Shown: positions 38,744 to 49,587, numbered from the stretch's first letter. The stretch is DNA of 64,000 nucleotides from Candidatus Poribacteria bacterium (GCA_965242965.1 OZ251518.1:4736001-4800000), one strand, 5' to 3'. Numbers and translations: made by a program. The notes: a model not told the origin generated them from the letters alone.

Positions 38744-40057
38744 ATGTCGCCGAATGAAATTTTTGACTGGTTTAACCAAACACCCATTGATAAGACCTGG
38801 TCATTTGACGGATGCAAACCGTCAGACACAGGGAAATGGACGCACGGGTACCATCGCTACCCCGCCAAGTTTATTCCTCAACTTGTTGAGCGTCTGATCG
38901 ATACCTACATATCCAACGGGTCCGCTCACGTAAACGATCCGTTTATGGGATGTGGCACAACTGTTGTCACTGCGATATCCAGAGGGTTTCAAGCGAGCGG
39001 CACGGACATTAACAAAGTCGCTCATTTGGTAACCCAAACGAAAGCGTCCCCGATCCAACCCGACTATCTTGACAAAAAAGTTAAGCAATTTTTGTCACGA
39101 ATTTGTCCGCTCGGTGAAGGGCAGAGTTTTTTCGGCACACGCCAGGTCTGCCCCCAAATTCCAGATAAACATCTGGAACGGATTGACTATTGGTTTACAG
39201 AAGAAACGCGTGATGAAATGGGGAAAATCCTAAACGTGATTCTGGACGAAACGGATCAAGCGGTTCGGTGTTTCCTTCTCGTAGCGTTTAGTCACGTTCT
39301 CAAAACCTGTTCGATTTGGAGCCAAGGGAGCACCAAACCGACGCGCGATTTGAGGAAACGGCCGACACTTCCGTACGATGCGATCAAACGGCACCTCACC
39401 AAGATGCTAAAGGGAAACACGCATTTTTATCAAGTCGTGCCATCTCATGTGCGAGACCTGTTGGATGGTTATCTAAACGTCCACGTGGGCTCCGCCGAAA
39501 GACAATCTGTACCCGATGATAGCGTTGATCTGATCGTCAGTTCAAGTCCTTACGTGACAAGTTACGAATATGCCGATCTACATCAACTGTCAACGATCTG
39601 GTTGGATTTAGCCGATGACCTGAAAGAATACAGAAAACAGTTCATTGGAACGTCCTACAAGCACTACGATGACAAACCGCTGCGGAGTCAAATCGCCTCC
39701 GAGATTGTCTCCCAAATGGTGCCCCAAAGTAGGAAAAAAGCGAAAGAAATTGAAGCCTTCTTCATCGACATGCAGGAGGTGTTCAATGAGAGTTTTAGAA
39801 TCCTGAAACCGGGGGGCAGATGTTGCTACGTCATTGGCAACACGAAGCTCAAAGGTGTTGAAATCCTCAACGCCGAAGCCTTCGCGGAGTCCCTGCAATA
39901 CTCAGGCTTCAAACTCGATCGGCTCATTAAGCGGGAAATCCCCTTGAAAATTCTCCCCCAGAAACGGGATGAAAAAACTGGGAGATTTGCCAGTAAGGAT
40001 AAAGCCGACTCCGAAGCGTACCCAACAGAGTATGTCGTGATTGGGTTAAAGGAGTAG
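38744..40057 (+). CDS. DNA methyltransferase (probably N4-cytosine) of a type II R-M system
   Basis: HRYPAKFIPQL, DPFMGCGTT (motif I), SSPY (SPPY-like motif IV). Confidence 0.9.
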   Translation: MSPNEIFDWFNQTPIDKTWSFDGCKPSDTGKWTHGYHRYPAKFIPQLVERLIDTYISNGSAHVNDPFMGCGTTVVTAISRGFQASGTDINKVAHLVTQTKASPIQPDYLDKKVKQFLSRICPLGEGQSFFGTRQVCPQIPDKHLERIDYWFTEETRDEMGKILNVILDETDQAVRCFLLVAFSHVLKTCSIWSQGSTKPTRDLRKRPTLPYDAIKRHLTKMLKGNTHFYQVVPSHVRDLLDGYLNVHVGSAERQSVPDDSVDLIVSSSPYVTSYEYADLHQLSTIWLDLADDLKEYRKQFIGTSYKHYDDKPLRSQIASEIVSQMVPQSRKKAKEIEAFFIDMQEVFNESFRILKPGGRCCYVIGNTKLKGVEILNAEAFAESLQYSGFKLDRLIKREIPLKILPQKRDEKTGRFASKDKADSEAYPTEYVVIGLKE

Positions 40058-40063
40058 GGAATC

Positions 40064-40762
40064 ATGAATTTTGAAGACCTGAAAAATATGTACTCGGCGG
40101 CGCAGTTAAGCGAAGGCGCGGAAGCCTATCGGTCTGTTTCCCAACTCTTGCAGGATGCCAAGGGACAGCATAAGCAAGATTTTTTGAGGGCTAAGCCGCA
40201 CGGAGACCACGAACAGAGCTGGCGTGCCTTTAAGGGCAAAAACTTTGAGAAATTGATTCGACACATTATCACGGACTCAATTGAAGCCCTCGGAATGAAG
40301 GTAATCGACGGTAATAAATTGGAGAAGAGCAAAAGCGTAAACCTGTCGCAGGAATTAAGCCAAGTGAAGCGAAATTTGGCAATTGATTACGGCGAGTTTG
40401 GTTTGCATCTCCCCGACGTTGATATTGTCGTCTACAACCCTAAAAATTGCAGGGTTATCGCTTTAATCTCCAGCAAAGTCACGTTGAGAGAACGGATTGC
40501 CCAGACAGGCTACTGGAAACTCAAATTGCTGGAAGATAAAACTACCGCTAACATCAAGGTCTATTTTATCACGCCTGACGAAGATGGAACCTTGACGAGC
40601 GCATATCTTCCCAAGAAAGGACGAGCGATTGTTGAGGTCGACCTTGATGGCACCTATGTCCTAACCGAGGCATCGCTTGAGCAGAGTGACAAGGTTAAAC
40701 TGTTTGAGCATTTCATTGATGATTTCAGGCAGTTAATCGAAGAGAGCAAGGCATCTTTATGA
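40064..40762 (+). CDS. Type II restriction endonuclease, BsaWI-like
   Basis: QSWRAFKGKNFE, PDVD, SSKVTLRERIAQ resemble the PDxD...KxxxRER core of CCGG-family REases; adjacent to the MTase. Confidence 0.75.
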   Translation: MNFEDLKNMYSAAQLSEGAEAYRSVSQLLQDAKGQHKQDFLRAKPHGDHEQSWRAFKGKNFEKLIRHIITDSIEALGMKVIDGNKLEKSKSVNLSQELSQVKRNLAIDYGEFGLHLPDVDIVVYNPKNCRVIALISSKVTLRERIAQTGYWKLKLLEDKTTANIKVYFITPDEDGTLTSAYLPKKGRAIVEVDLDGTYVLTEASLEQSDKVKLFEHFIDDFRQLIEESKASL

Positions 40763-40869
40763 AACTTGCTGGTGGCGCGTAGTCCGACGAAGGCTATAAG
40801 CCCCTCACTGAAAAACGGAGTGTTAGGCATCAGAGCAACCGCGCCTAACGAAAGAAAAGGAGGATTCGC

Positions 40870-41457
40870 GTGTCAAAACCAACGGTTAGGGGACTTGTTA
40901 TGGAGTTCTTTGAAAATCACCCCAACCAAGAGATCCCGCACGCTCTTGTCTTGGCTTGGGTGGATCCAAAGTATGAGGAAGCGCACGGCCGCCGCCCTCT
41001 TGATACACGGCGAAGAATCAGAGATCTCTGTAAGGAAAACAAACTCACTAAGATTCGTGACGGTGTCTACAAATATGACCCGAATCGTGCCCAAGGTGTC
41101 AAGTTGCGAGGTTTCTCAGAAACTACAAAGAGAGACGCATTGGAACGAGATAACTACCAATGTGTTCTCTGTGGCCGCGGGCGCGAAGATGGGATTACCC
41201 TCACCGTAGACCACATCATTCCAAGGGATAATGACGGCCCCAACACCCTTGAAAACGCTCAAACGCTCTGTTCTCAACACAATCTGCTCAAGAAGAACTA
41301 CTCCCAAACCGAAGCCGGGAAACGGTACTTCATCAGAATGCATGAAACCGCGGTTGCCAATCAGGACGAGAAGATGATAGCGTTCTGCCGAGCGGTTTTC
41401 GATGCTTACGATGAATACGAAGTGGACTTCCACATCCCGCGACCGGACAGGGACTAA
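40870..41457 (+). CDS. HNH endonuclease with N-terminal wHTH-like region
   Basis: RDNYQCVLC...VDHIIP...NAQTLCSQHN; GGAGGA RBS, GTG start. Confidence 0.85.
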   Translation: MSKPTVRGLVMEFFENHPNQEIPHALVLAWVDPKYEEAHGRRPLDTRRRIRDLCKENKLTKIRDGVYKYDPNRAQGVKLRGFSETTKRDALERDNYQCVLCGRGREDGITLTVDHIIPRDNDGPNTLENAQTLCSQHNLLKKNYSQTEAGKRYFIRMHETAVANQDEKMIAFCRAVFDAYDEYEVDFHIPRPDRD

Positions 41458-41501
41458 GCGAATCTCAAGCCACCAAACGTTTGGCTACAAGCGGTTCAGA
41501 T

Positions 41502-41795
41502 ATGAACGTGAAGAAAGACAGGAAACCCTCTCAGCCAGAGCTCAAGTTCCGCGCGCTTTTGGATAAAATATCCGAGCGGACAGGCGAAGGAAGAGGCAAT
41601 TACGCTGTGGACCGGCACCAGCAACCAATGCCGGATATTGATACTATCTTGAAGGAAGCGGAACTGTTAGAGAAAACTGAACAGGCATCTTCAAGTCTTG
41701 TTGAACCGGTATTGCAAGCAACGGCTCAGAGAAAGCGCGTAATCCGAACGCGGACAGCCGATGCGTTGTGTTCCGAGCGCAGTTTCCAGAAATGA
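41502..41795 (+). CDS. Small hypothetical protein or remnant
   Basis: Only ORF filling the gap; no motif recognised. Confidence 0.3.
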   Translation: MNVKKDRKPSQPELKFRALLDKISERTGEGRGNYAVDRHQQPMPDIDTILKEAELLEKTEQASSSLVEPVLQATAQRKRVIRTRTADALCSERSFQK

Positions 41796-41806
41796 CAGTG
41801 CAAAAC

Positions 41807-42595
41807 ATGAAACAAATCTTAACCATCGCAGGTTCAGACTCCGGCGGCGGTGCCGGCATACAGGCGGACATTAAAGCCATCTCCGCAAACGGCGGATTCG
41901 CAATGTCCGCGATAACCTCTGTCACGGCGCAGAATACGGTGGCGGTGACGAGCGCGTTCGATCTGCCGATTTCGCTCATTGAGGCGCAACTGGATGCAGT
42001 CTTCACCGACTTTGAGGTGGCAAGCGTCAAGACCGGGATGCTTTCTTCATCGGAGATTGTGGCGGCGGTATCGCAGAAGTTGCGTGAATACGCGCCGCCT
42101 GCCATCGTCGTAGATCCGGTGATGATCTCCAAGAGTCGGTTTCCTTTGTTGAAAGAAGAGGCGATTGCGAGTCTTAAGGCGGAATTGATTCCGCTTGCCA
42201 CGCTCATCACGCCGAACGTCTACGAGGCGGAATTGCTGGCGCGACGGGAGATCCAGACTACGGATGATGCCAAAGCCGCGGCGCAGGTTATTGCGGCGTT
42301 GGGATGCGAGGCGGTGCTGGTAAAAGGCGGGCATCTCGGCGGCGCGCAGGCAACGGATGTGCTTTATTTCGGCGGCGAGTGGCACTTTTTCGAGGCGGAA
42401 CGCATTGATACGCAGAATACGCACGGCACGGGTTGCACCTATTCCGCCGCCATCGCGACGCAACTCGCGCACGGCAAGGAACTTACGGAGGCGATCCGCG
42501 CGGCGAAGGCGTATATTACAAACGCCATCCGCCACGCGCTGGACATCGGACATGGGCATGGCCCAACGAATCATTTTTATTCCCTCGCGCGATAA
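41807..42595 (+). CDS. thiD: HMP/HMP-P kinase
   Basis: LTIAGSDSGGGAGIQADIK, VVDPVM, THGTGCT. Confidence 0.95.
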   Translation: MKQILTIAGSDSGGGAGIQADIKAISANGGFAMSAITSVTAQNTVAVTSAFDLPISLIEAQLDAVFTDFEVASVKTGMLSSSEIVAAVSQKLREYAPPAIVVDPVMISKSRFPLLKEEAIASLKAELIPLATLITPNVYEAELLARREIQTTDDAKAAAQVIAALGCEAVLVKGGHLGGAQATDVLYFGGEWHFFEAERIDTQNTHGTGCTYSAAIATQLAHGKELTEAIRAAKAYITNAIRHALDIGHGHGPTNHFYSLAR

Positions 42596-42599
42596 TCAC

Positions 42600-42942
42600 C
42601 GTGGCCCGTAGCGCGGGGGCCTGTCCCCCGCGATTCCCTCGCGCGATAATCACCATGGCCCGTAGCGCGGGGGCCTGTCCCCCGCGATCGTTGGCATGGC
42701 GAGGGGAACCCGCTCGCATGCGCGTGTGGCATGCGAGGGCCCAAGCCCTACGGTGAGGGGTGGCGTTTTTTCACCGTAGCGCGGGGGCCTGTCCCCCGCG
42801 ATTCCCTCGCGCGATAATCACCGTGGCCCGTAGCGCGGGGTCTTGTCCCCCGCGATTGTTGGCATGGCGAGGGACAGGCCCTCGCCCTACGGTGAGGGAC
42901 AGGCGTTTTTTCACCGTAGCGCGGGGGCCCTCGCCCTACGGG
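42600..42942. repeat. REP cluster
   Basis: Repeated GATAATCACC...CGTAGCGCGGGG units. Confidence 0.9.
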
Positions 42943-42957
42943 CCAGCGGCATAAAAT

Positions 42958-43338
42958 CTATAGCCGTTGCCGCCCCGCAAAACCGGTATCTGTCTCGTGC
43001 CAATATCGGATTTTTTGTTCACCGAGCCGCCAGCAGAGGTAGACCTCCTTGCCATCGCGCAGGTGCGGGAAATCGATGAGGCCCGGGTCAAGTCCTTTGA
43101 GGTGACATCCTCGGTTTGCGATGCGTTCGATGATCTGGCGGAATTGCGTGCCGGCGCGGAGATATTCAGGTGAACGCTTATCGCCGCCGTTCAATGAGAT
43201 AACCTCAAACATCGGCGTGAGTTCTGCGTGGAGTTCTGTGAGTTCGCTTTTCAGTGCCTGCAGCGTGAGGATATCCTCGGTTAATTGGGGGATGCACTGG
43301 TTTGCTTCTTCTAGGGTGAAGTATCGTTTTTGTTGCAT
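42958..43338 (-). CDS. DUF2203-family protein
   Basis: RYFTLEEAN...KGLDPGLIDFP...YLCWRLGE...WH..DTGFAGR. Confidence 0.85.
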   Translation of the reverse strand: MQQKRYFTLEEANQCIPQLTEDILTLQALKSELTELHAELTPMFEVISLNGGDKRSPEYLRAGTQFRQIIERIANRGCHLKGLDPGLIDFPHLRDGKEVYLCWRLGEQKIRYWHETDTGFAGRQRL

Positions 43339-43378
43339 GTTCGGTTCTCCTGTGGCGTTGTGGAAATTGCGTTTAGTT

Positions 43379-44009
43379 GAGGGTGTTTCATATCTCGATT
43401 GCCCCCGGTAGGAGAGACCTCCTGGTCTCGATGTTCCCGTAAGGCTTTTCTCCGCCCGTAGCGCGGGGGCCTGTCCCCCGCGATCGTTGGGCTGCGCGAG
43501 CATGGCGAGGAAAACCCGCTCGCATGCGCGTGTGGCATGCGAGGGCCCTCGCCCTACGGTACCGGATGCCGTTTTTTCTACGCATCGTTTTAGGTCCTTT
43601 AGGACCTACATGTCTATAGAAAAATGTGCCGGTCCCATGTCAAGGTCCTTTAGGTCCTTAATAAAAACACGCGCGGACCCGGTAAAATCTATTAAGGACC
43701 TAAAGGACCTTAGGGTTCTTCGCGTTCGCGCGTGCTATAGACATTAAGGTCCTACGGACCTAAGAAACGTTTTTTTCTAGCGCGAGCGATGGCGAGGGAA
43801 ACCCTCTCGCATGCGCGTGTGGCATGCGAGGGCCCAAGCCCTACGTGAAGGGGCGGCGTTTTCTCACCGCAGCGCGGGGGCCTGTCCCCCGCGATCTCCA
43901 TCGTGACGATGTGTGTTTCCACCTCTGTAGTTTGTGATCGCCTGATCACAAACAGGTCAAGCTCTGGGCACCGGGAGGGCTCTCCTACACGGATTTATGA
44001 AACACCCTC
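43379..44009. mobile_element. MITE-like element with perfect 14-bp TIRs and REP cargo
   Basis: GAGGGTGTTTCATA...TATGAAACACCCTC flanked by a GTT direct repeat. Confidence 0.75.
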
Positions 44010-44056
44010 GTTTAGTTGGTAATTTACACGAATTTGGGGAATATGTCAAGATAAAT

Positions 44057-44136
44057 CTGAGCAGGATTCACAAGATTCACAAGATTGAAGCAGGATTTAC
44101 AAGATTGAAGCAGGATTTACAAGATTTACAAGATTA
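44057..44136. repeat. GCAGGATTTACAAGATT tandem repeat
   Basis: Three units with 9-nt sub-periodicity. Confidence 0.8.
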
Positions 44137-44193
44137 GAGCATCTTGGAAACCGAGCGTCCTTTGGAAATACATAAGACAACACAGCCCACAGA

Positions 44194-45828
44194 ATGGCAA
44201 ATGAATCCAACACAACGATAAACCAAAACGTCACCCGTGCGGCGGGCATTGTCAGCATCGCCGTGATGGGTTCGCGGATTCTCGGGCTCGCCCGCGAGGT
44301 CGCGATAGCGTTCTATTTTCCTGCGCGGACAGGTGCGGATGCGTTTTACCTCGCGTTTCGCATCCCGAATTTCCTCCGCGATCTGTTCGGCGAAGGCATC
44401 TTGAGCAAGGCGTTTATTACTACCTTCCTCGCAACGGAAAGCGAAGAGGGAGAGGCGGCGGCGTGGCACCTCGCGAACCGCGTCTTTAATCTGACGGCAC
44501 TCATCCTGCTCTGCATCACGATACTCGGTATCGCCTTCGCACCCGCCATCGTTGATGTGTTGACTCGCGAGAATTTTGAAGAGGCGTTGGAACCCGGCGA
44601 GCATTACGGCTTTCACAGCAAGGTTGAGCTCACCATATACCTCACGCAGTTGATGTTTCCTTATCTGCTGTTCGTCTCGCTCGCGGCGATTGCGATGGGG
44701 TTGCTCAACAGCAAGGGGAGGTTTGGGGTGCCGGCGTGCGCGTCGTCTTTTTTTAACCTGAGTTCGCTCTTCATCGGCGTAGGCGGTTACTATGTGTGTC
44801 AACAGGCAGGGATGCACCCGGTAACGGGAATGGCGGCGGGTGTCATCGTCGGGGGCATCGCGCAGTTCGTCATTCAGGTGCCGTCAATGTATCGAGTCGG
44901 CTTTCGGTATCGCCCGCTTCTCAGCCTCCGCGATGCGAGAGTGCGCCAGGTCTTCAGTCTCATCGGACCGGCGGTGTTAGGCGTGGCAGCCGTGCAGGTT
45001 AATCAGTTTACGAACACCTTTTTTATCACGGAAGATTCGGGATGGTTGACATGGATAAACCGCGCCTACCGCGTGATGCATCTTCCTATCGGGATATTCG
45101 GTGTGGCGATTTCCACGGTAGCACTGCCGCAACTTGCGCGGTTCGCCACGGCGGGTGAGACAGCCAATTTCCGCAACGCGCTCTCTTACGCGCTGCGATT
45201 GATGCTGACGTTAACACTCCCCGCTTCTGTCGGGTTGATGGTGTTATCGGCACCCATCTGCCGACTGCTTTATGAACGCGGGCAGACTTTTGAGGTAGAC
45301 ACGCTTGCAACGGCGGGTGCCCTGTTTGTCTACGCCTTCGGGTTGTGCGGATTTTCGGCACTCAAAATCGTGACAGATGGGTTTTACGCCTACAAAGACA
45401 TCCGCGCGCCGGTGATTGTCAGCGTCTGCGCCGTCACGCTCAACATCGCGCTGAACTATCTCTTTATCTATGAAGGATTATTTTTAGACCATCGTGCAGT
45501 CGTATTTTCGACTGTTTTGACGGTGACGCTGAACTTTTCTGTCCTCTTGGTGCTGCTGCGCCGCAAAGTCGGCAGATTGGGACTCTCCTCGCTCATCCGC
45601 CTGACGTTGAAAACCGTCATCGCCTCGGTAGTGATGGGGCTCAGCTGCTGGGTCGCGAACGGGATTATTGAGGGGGATTGGCTCGGCACGGAGGGATTCG
45701 TGACACGAGTTATCGGCGTTTTCCTTCCCATCGGCATCGGCGTTATCGTGCTTGCGGGGATGTATAAAGCGTTGAAAGTGAAAGAGTTTGATGATATTAT
45801 AGAGATGTTCAAGCGGAGATTATCATGA
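44194..45828 (+). CDS. murJ: Lipid II flippase MurJ/MviN
   Basis: SRILGLARE, ADAFYLAFRIPNFLRDLFGEG, LPIGIFGVAI. Confidence 0.95.
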   Translation: MANESNTTINQNVTRAAGIVSIAVMGSRILGLAREVAIAFYFPARTGADAFYLAFRIPNFLRDLFGEGILSKAFITTFLATESEEGEAAAWHLANRVFNLTALILLCITILGIAFAPAIVDVLTRENFEEALEPGEHYGFHSKVELTIYLTQLMFPYLLFVSLAAIAMGLLNSKGRFGVPACASSFFNLSSLFIGVGGYYVCQQAGMHPVTGMAAGVIVGGIAQFVIQVPSMYRVGFRYRPLLSLRDARVRQVFSLIGPAVLGVAAVQVNQFTNTFFITEDSGWLTWINRAYRVMHLPIGIFGVAISTVALPQLARFATAGETANFRNALSYALRLMLTLTLPASVGLMVLSAPICRLLYERGQTFEVDTLATAGALFVYAFGLCGFSALKIVTDGFYAYKDIRAPVIVSVCAVTLNIALNYLFIYEGLFLDHRAVVFSTVLTVTLNFSVLLVLLRRKVGRLGLSSLIRLTLKTVIASVVMGLSCWVANGIIEGDWLGTEGFVTRVIGVFLPIGIGVIVLAGMYKALKVKEFDDIIEMFKRRLS

Positions 45829-45891
45829 GGTGCAACGAACAGGATAGGCGCGATTTGAAAGCGCGCATACCAGACTGATGGACAGACATTT

Positions 45892-46671
45892 ATGCTAACA
45901 AAACGAATTATTCCGTGTTTAGATGTGCGCGCGGGCAAGGTGACAAAAGGGATTGCCTTCAAAGGCAACGTCAATGTGGGGGATCCGGTAGAAATGGCGC
46001 GCTTTTACTATGAAGGCGGTGCAGATGAGCTCGTTTTTTACGACATCACGGCGAGCAACGAACGGCGCGATATCATGATTGATGTCGTCTCCGCTGTCGC
46101 CGCCGAGATTTTTATTCCGTTTTCTGTCGGCGGCGGGTTAAGAACGCTGGAGGATATGCGTCGTGTGCTTCTCGCCGGTGCGGAAAAGGTGAGCATCGAT
46201 TCGGGTGCGGTGCGGCATCCGCCGTTAATTTCGGAAGGCGCGCGTGCGTTCGGCAGCCAATGCGTCGTGCTGAGCATGCAGGTAAAACGCGTGCAGAAAA
46301 GCAAGCAGATTCCGAGCGGCTACGAGATTTATATTGACGGCGGCAGAACCCCGGTCGGCTGGGATGCGCTGGTGTGGGCCTCGCGCGGCGTTGAGTTAGG
46401 CGCGGGCGAAATTGTCGTCAACAGCATCGATGCCGATGGCACGAAAGCCGGCTATGAACTTGCGTTAACGGGTGCGATTGCGGCTCGGGTGCCGGTGCCG
46501 GTGATTGCCTCTGGCGGCGCGGGGAATCCACAACACCTGCGCGATGTCTTCGTCAAAAGCAACGCCGATGCTGCCATCGTCGCCTCCATCACGCACTACG
46601 GCGAGTTCACCATTAAGAATATCAAATCCTATTTGGAGACAGAAGGCGTGAGTGTCAGAGATACGTGGTAA
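45892..46671 (+). CDS. hisF: Imidazole glycerol phosphate synthase cyclase subunit
   Basis: [35 protein letters not shown]. Confidence 0.97.
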   Translation: MLTKRIIPCLDVRAGKVTKGIAFKGNVNVGDPVEMARFYYEGGADELVFYDITASNERRDIMIDVVSAVAAEIFIPFSVGGGLRTLEDMRRVLLAGAEKVSIDSGAVRHPPLISEGARAFGSQCVVLSMQVKRVQKSKQIPSGYEIYIDGGRTPVGWDALVWASRGVELGAGEIVVNSIDADGTKAGYELALTGAIAARVPVPVIASGGAGNPQHLRDVFVKSNADAAIVASITHYGEFTIKNIKSYLETEGVSVRDTW

Positions 46672-46674
46672 CAG

Positions 46675-47490
46675 GAGAGTGTTTCATAAATCCGTGTAGG
46701 AGAGTCCTCCCGCGTGCTCCCGTAGGAGAGACCTCCTGGTCTCGATGCAATAGGGCGGCGCGCCTCCCGGGGGCGCGGCGGCAGAAGGTCCCCCTTGAAC
46801 AAACGTCTCTTAGGTCCTTTAGGTCCTTAATGTCTATAGCACTCGCGTCCGCGAAGAGCCCTAAGGTCCTTTAGGTCCTTAATAGGTTTTGCCAGGGCCG
46901 CGCGTATTTTTTATTAAGGACCTAAAGGACCTTGCCGTGGGACAGACACGTTTTTCTATAGACATGTAGGACCTAAAGGACCTAAGACTGCCTCTTGCCG
47001 ATGGCCAACGCGGGGGACAGGCCCCCGCGCTACGGGAAAAAAACGGCGTGCGTTACCGTAGGGCTTGGGCCCTCGGATGCCATCCGCGCATCCGAGCGGG
47101 TGTCCCTCGCCATCGCTCGCGCTACGGAAAAAACGTCTCTTGTTCTCTTCAGGTCTGTAAGACCTTAATGTCTATAGCACTCGCGTCCGCGAAGAACGCT
47201 AAGGTCCTTTAGGTCCTTAATAGATTTTGTCATGCTGTGCGTTTTTTATTAAGGACCTAAAGGACCTTGATATGGGCCGACACGTTTTTCTATAGACATG
47301 TAGGACCTAAAGGACCTAAGACTGCCTCTTGCCGATGGCCAACGCGGGGGACAGGCCCCCGCGCTACGATAAAAAACGCCCCCTCACCGTAGGGCTTGGG
47401 CCCTCGCATGCCACACGCGCATGCGAGAGGGTTCCCCTCGCCATCGTTCCCGCTACGGGAACATTGAGACCGGGAGGGCTCTCCTACCCA
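46675..47490. repeat. Large REP cluster beginning with a single MITE-type end
   Basis: GAGTGTTTCATAAATCCGTGTAGG; two AGGTCC/CTATAG elements. Confidence 0.85.
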
Positions 47491-47508
47491 GATAGCACGG
47501 AGTCTGTT

Positions 47509-49413
47509 ATGAGCATCCGCATCCAATTGACATTGAGTTACATCGGCATCGTGCTTTTGGTGCTATTCGCCATGTATCTCTACCTCGGCACGACGCTGAA
47601 GGCATCCCTCAGCAGCCGCATCACCGGCGAACTAGAAATTCAGGCGGCACTCTCCCGCGAATTCCTGCTGGATGCATTGCCCCAAACCAATCGGTTTACT
47701 TATGAAATCGACGACCTCATCGACCGGCTCGGAAAAATAGGGGGGATGCGGTTGACGTTCATTGACGTTGACGGACATGTCCGGGGAGATACGGAACGTG
47801 ATGGAGCGGAACTCCGCGCAATGGACAACCACCTCAACCGTCCGGAGGTGCAAGATGCATTGGAGAAGGGACGCGGTATCCGCGACAGATATAGCACGAC
47901 AACACAGACAGAATTTCGCTATTTCGCGGTGCCCGTGGAACGCGCCGGGGAACTGCTCGGTATCTGTCGCGTCGCGCTACCGATGAAGGCGGTAAACAGC
48001 GCGATTTTCGATCTCTGGCGCATGCTCCTCCTTGTCAGCGCAGCGGGGCTCCTTTTGGCGATTCTATTCAGCATTTTCACCGCTGGTGCCATCGTGAAGC
48101 CGATTGAAAATTTGACGCAGACGACGCAATCCCTGGCCGCCGGAAAAATTGACTCGCGCGTGCCGGTGAATTCTTCTAATGAATTAGGGCAACTCTCGCG
48201 GAATTTCAACCTGATGGCGAATCGGGTGCAAGGACAGATTTACCGCATCTCTCAAGAGCATCAACGGCTGGAGACTATTTTGACGAATATGAACGAGGGG
48301 GTGTTGCTCCTCAACGGCGCGTATGAGGTTACCTACGCGAATCCCGCCGCTATTGCGATGTTAACGCTTCCCGAAGCACAGCGAGGGACAGGCACTCGCC
48401 AGACGATGGAAGAAGGGGACGAGGCATACATCGGCAGGGCCCTAATCGAAATCAACAGGAAACCGGAATTGCAGGCACTGCTCAAGGAGGCGAAGGAGAC
48501 TGGCAAGGTGGCATTTACAGAGATTCGGCTTGGAAACCTGATGGAGCCGGAGGCAGAGGTTACCGTCGTCCCCATCACCACGCCAGAAAATAGAGGCACC
48601 GCCGATGCGGCTCCCCGTGCTTCAGAACCCGAGTATCTCATCGTCATTCACGATGTGAGTCAGGTGCGGCAGCTAGAACGTATCCGTTCAGATTTTGTGG
48701 CGAACGTCTCACACGAACTGCGCACCCCGCTCACCTCCATTCAGGGATACGCCGAAACCTTGCTGAACGGTGAATTTGACTCCTCAATAGGCTCTGGCCT
48801 TGACACCACCGAAAAAAAACGACGCGAAGAATTCCTCATCAAAATCCTCAATCACGCCGCGCGTCTCTCGCGATTAGTCGCTGATCTACTCGAATTATCA
48901 CGACTTGAATCCGGTGACGTTGAACTCAAACGCGCCCCCTGTCCCCTCAACGCCTTCCACGAAACGATTTTAGACGTGTTTGAGCCGGTGTTAGAAGAAT
49001 CAGGCGTAGTTTTGACATGGAGCACTCCGGAAACGTTGCCGCAGGTGAACGTTGACAAGCAGCTCTTCATGCAAGTATTCGTGAATCTTATTGACAATGC
49101 AATTAAATACACGCCAGATGGCGGCACGATTGAAGTATCAGCGGAAGTATCGGATGCCGAACTCATCGTGCATGTAAAAGACACCGGCATCGGCATCCCG
49201 TCGGAATCGCAGTCGCGCGTCTTTGAGCGGTTTTATCGTGTGGACAAAGGCCGCGCGAGAGAGATGGGCGGCACTGGGCTCGGGCTCGCTATTACCAAAC
49301 ACATCGTGTTGCGCCACGGCGGACGCATCTGGCTGGAAAGCACTTTAGGACAAGGCACCGTGTTTCATGTCGCGCTGCCCAATCCCCTTATGCCCGCGCA
49401 CCTTGCAGCGTAG
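47509..49413 (+). CDS. PhoR-like sensor histidine kinase (HAMP, PAS, HisKA, HATPase)
   Basis: MDNHLNRPEV, FVANVSHELRTPLT, NLIDNAIKY, FERFYRVDK, GTGLGL. Confidence 0.9.
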   Translation: MSIRIQLTLSYIGIVLLVLFAMYLYLGTTLKASLSSRITGELEIQAALSREFLLDALPQTNRFTYEIDDLIDRLGKIGGMRLTFIDVDGHVRGDTERDGAELRAMDNHLNRPEVQDALEKGRGIRDRYSTTTQTEFRYFAVPVERAGELLGICRVALPMKAVNSAIFDLWRMLLLVSAAGLLLAILFSIFTAGAIVKPIENLTQTTQSLAAGKIDSRVPVNSSNELGQLSRNFNLMANRVQGQIYRISQEHQRLETILTNMNEGVLLLNGAYEVTYANPAAIAMLTLPEAQRGTGTRQTMEEGDEAYIGRALIEINRKPELQALLKEAKETGKVAFTEIRLGNLMEPEAEVTVVPITTPENRGTADAAPRASEPEYLIVIHDVSQVRQLERIRSDFVANVSHELRTPLTSIQGYAETLLNGEFDSSIGSGLDTTEKKRREEFLIKILNHAARLSRLVADLLELSRLESGDVELKRAPCPLNAFHETILDVFEPVLEESGVVLTWSTPETLPQVNVDKQLFMQVFVNLIDNAIKYTPDGGTIEVSAEVSDAELIVHVKDTGIGIPSESQSRVFERFYRVDKGRAREMGGTGLGLAITKHIVLRHGGRIWLESTLGQGTVFHVALPNPLMPAHLAA

Positions 49414-49587
49414 CGCGGTGGTGCATCGAGACTGGGAGGTCTCTCCTACGGACTCGCGATGCCCGCGCCCCTTGCAGCGTAGCGCGGCCGTTCGGGATCA
49501 GGCGATCCCGAACTACGGTCTTGATGCCCGCGCCCCTTGCATCGTAGCGCGAGTTCTGCGTGTTATACCTGTCCCCCGCGATGCCCG

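Noticed and set aside
41460-41806. TPP riboswitch upstream of thiD (also checked for tenA, thiE and the ECF genes)
   Set aside because: No GCTGAGA...CCTGA core with a plausible fold was seen
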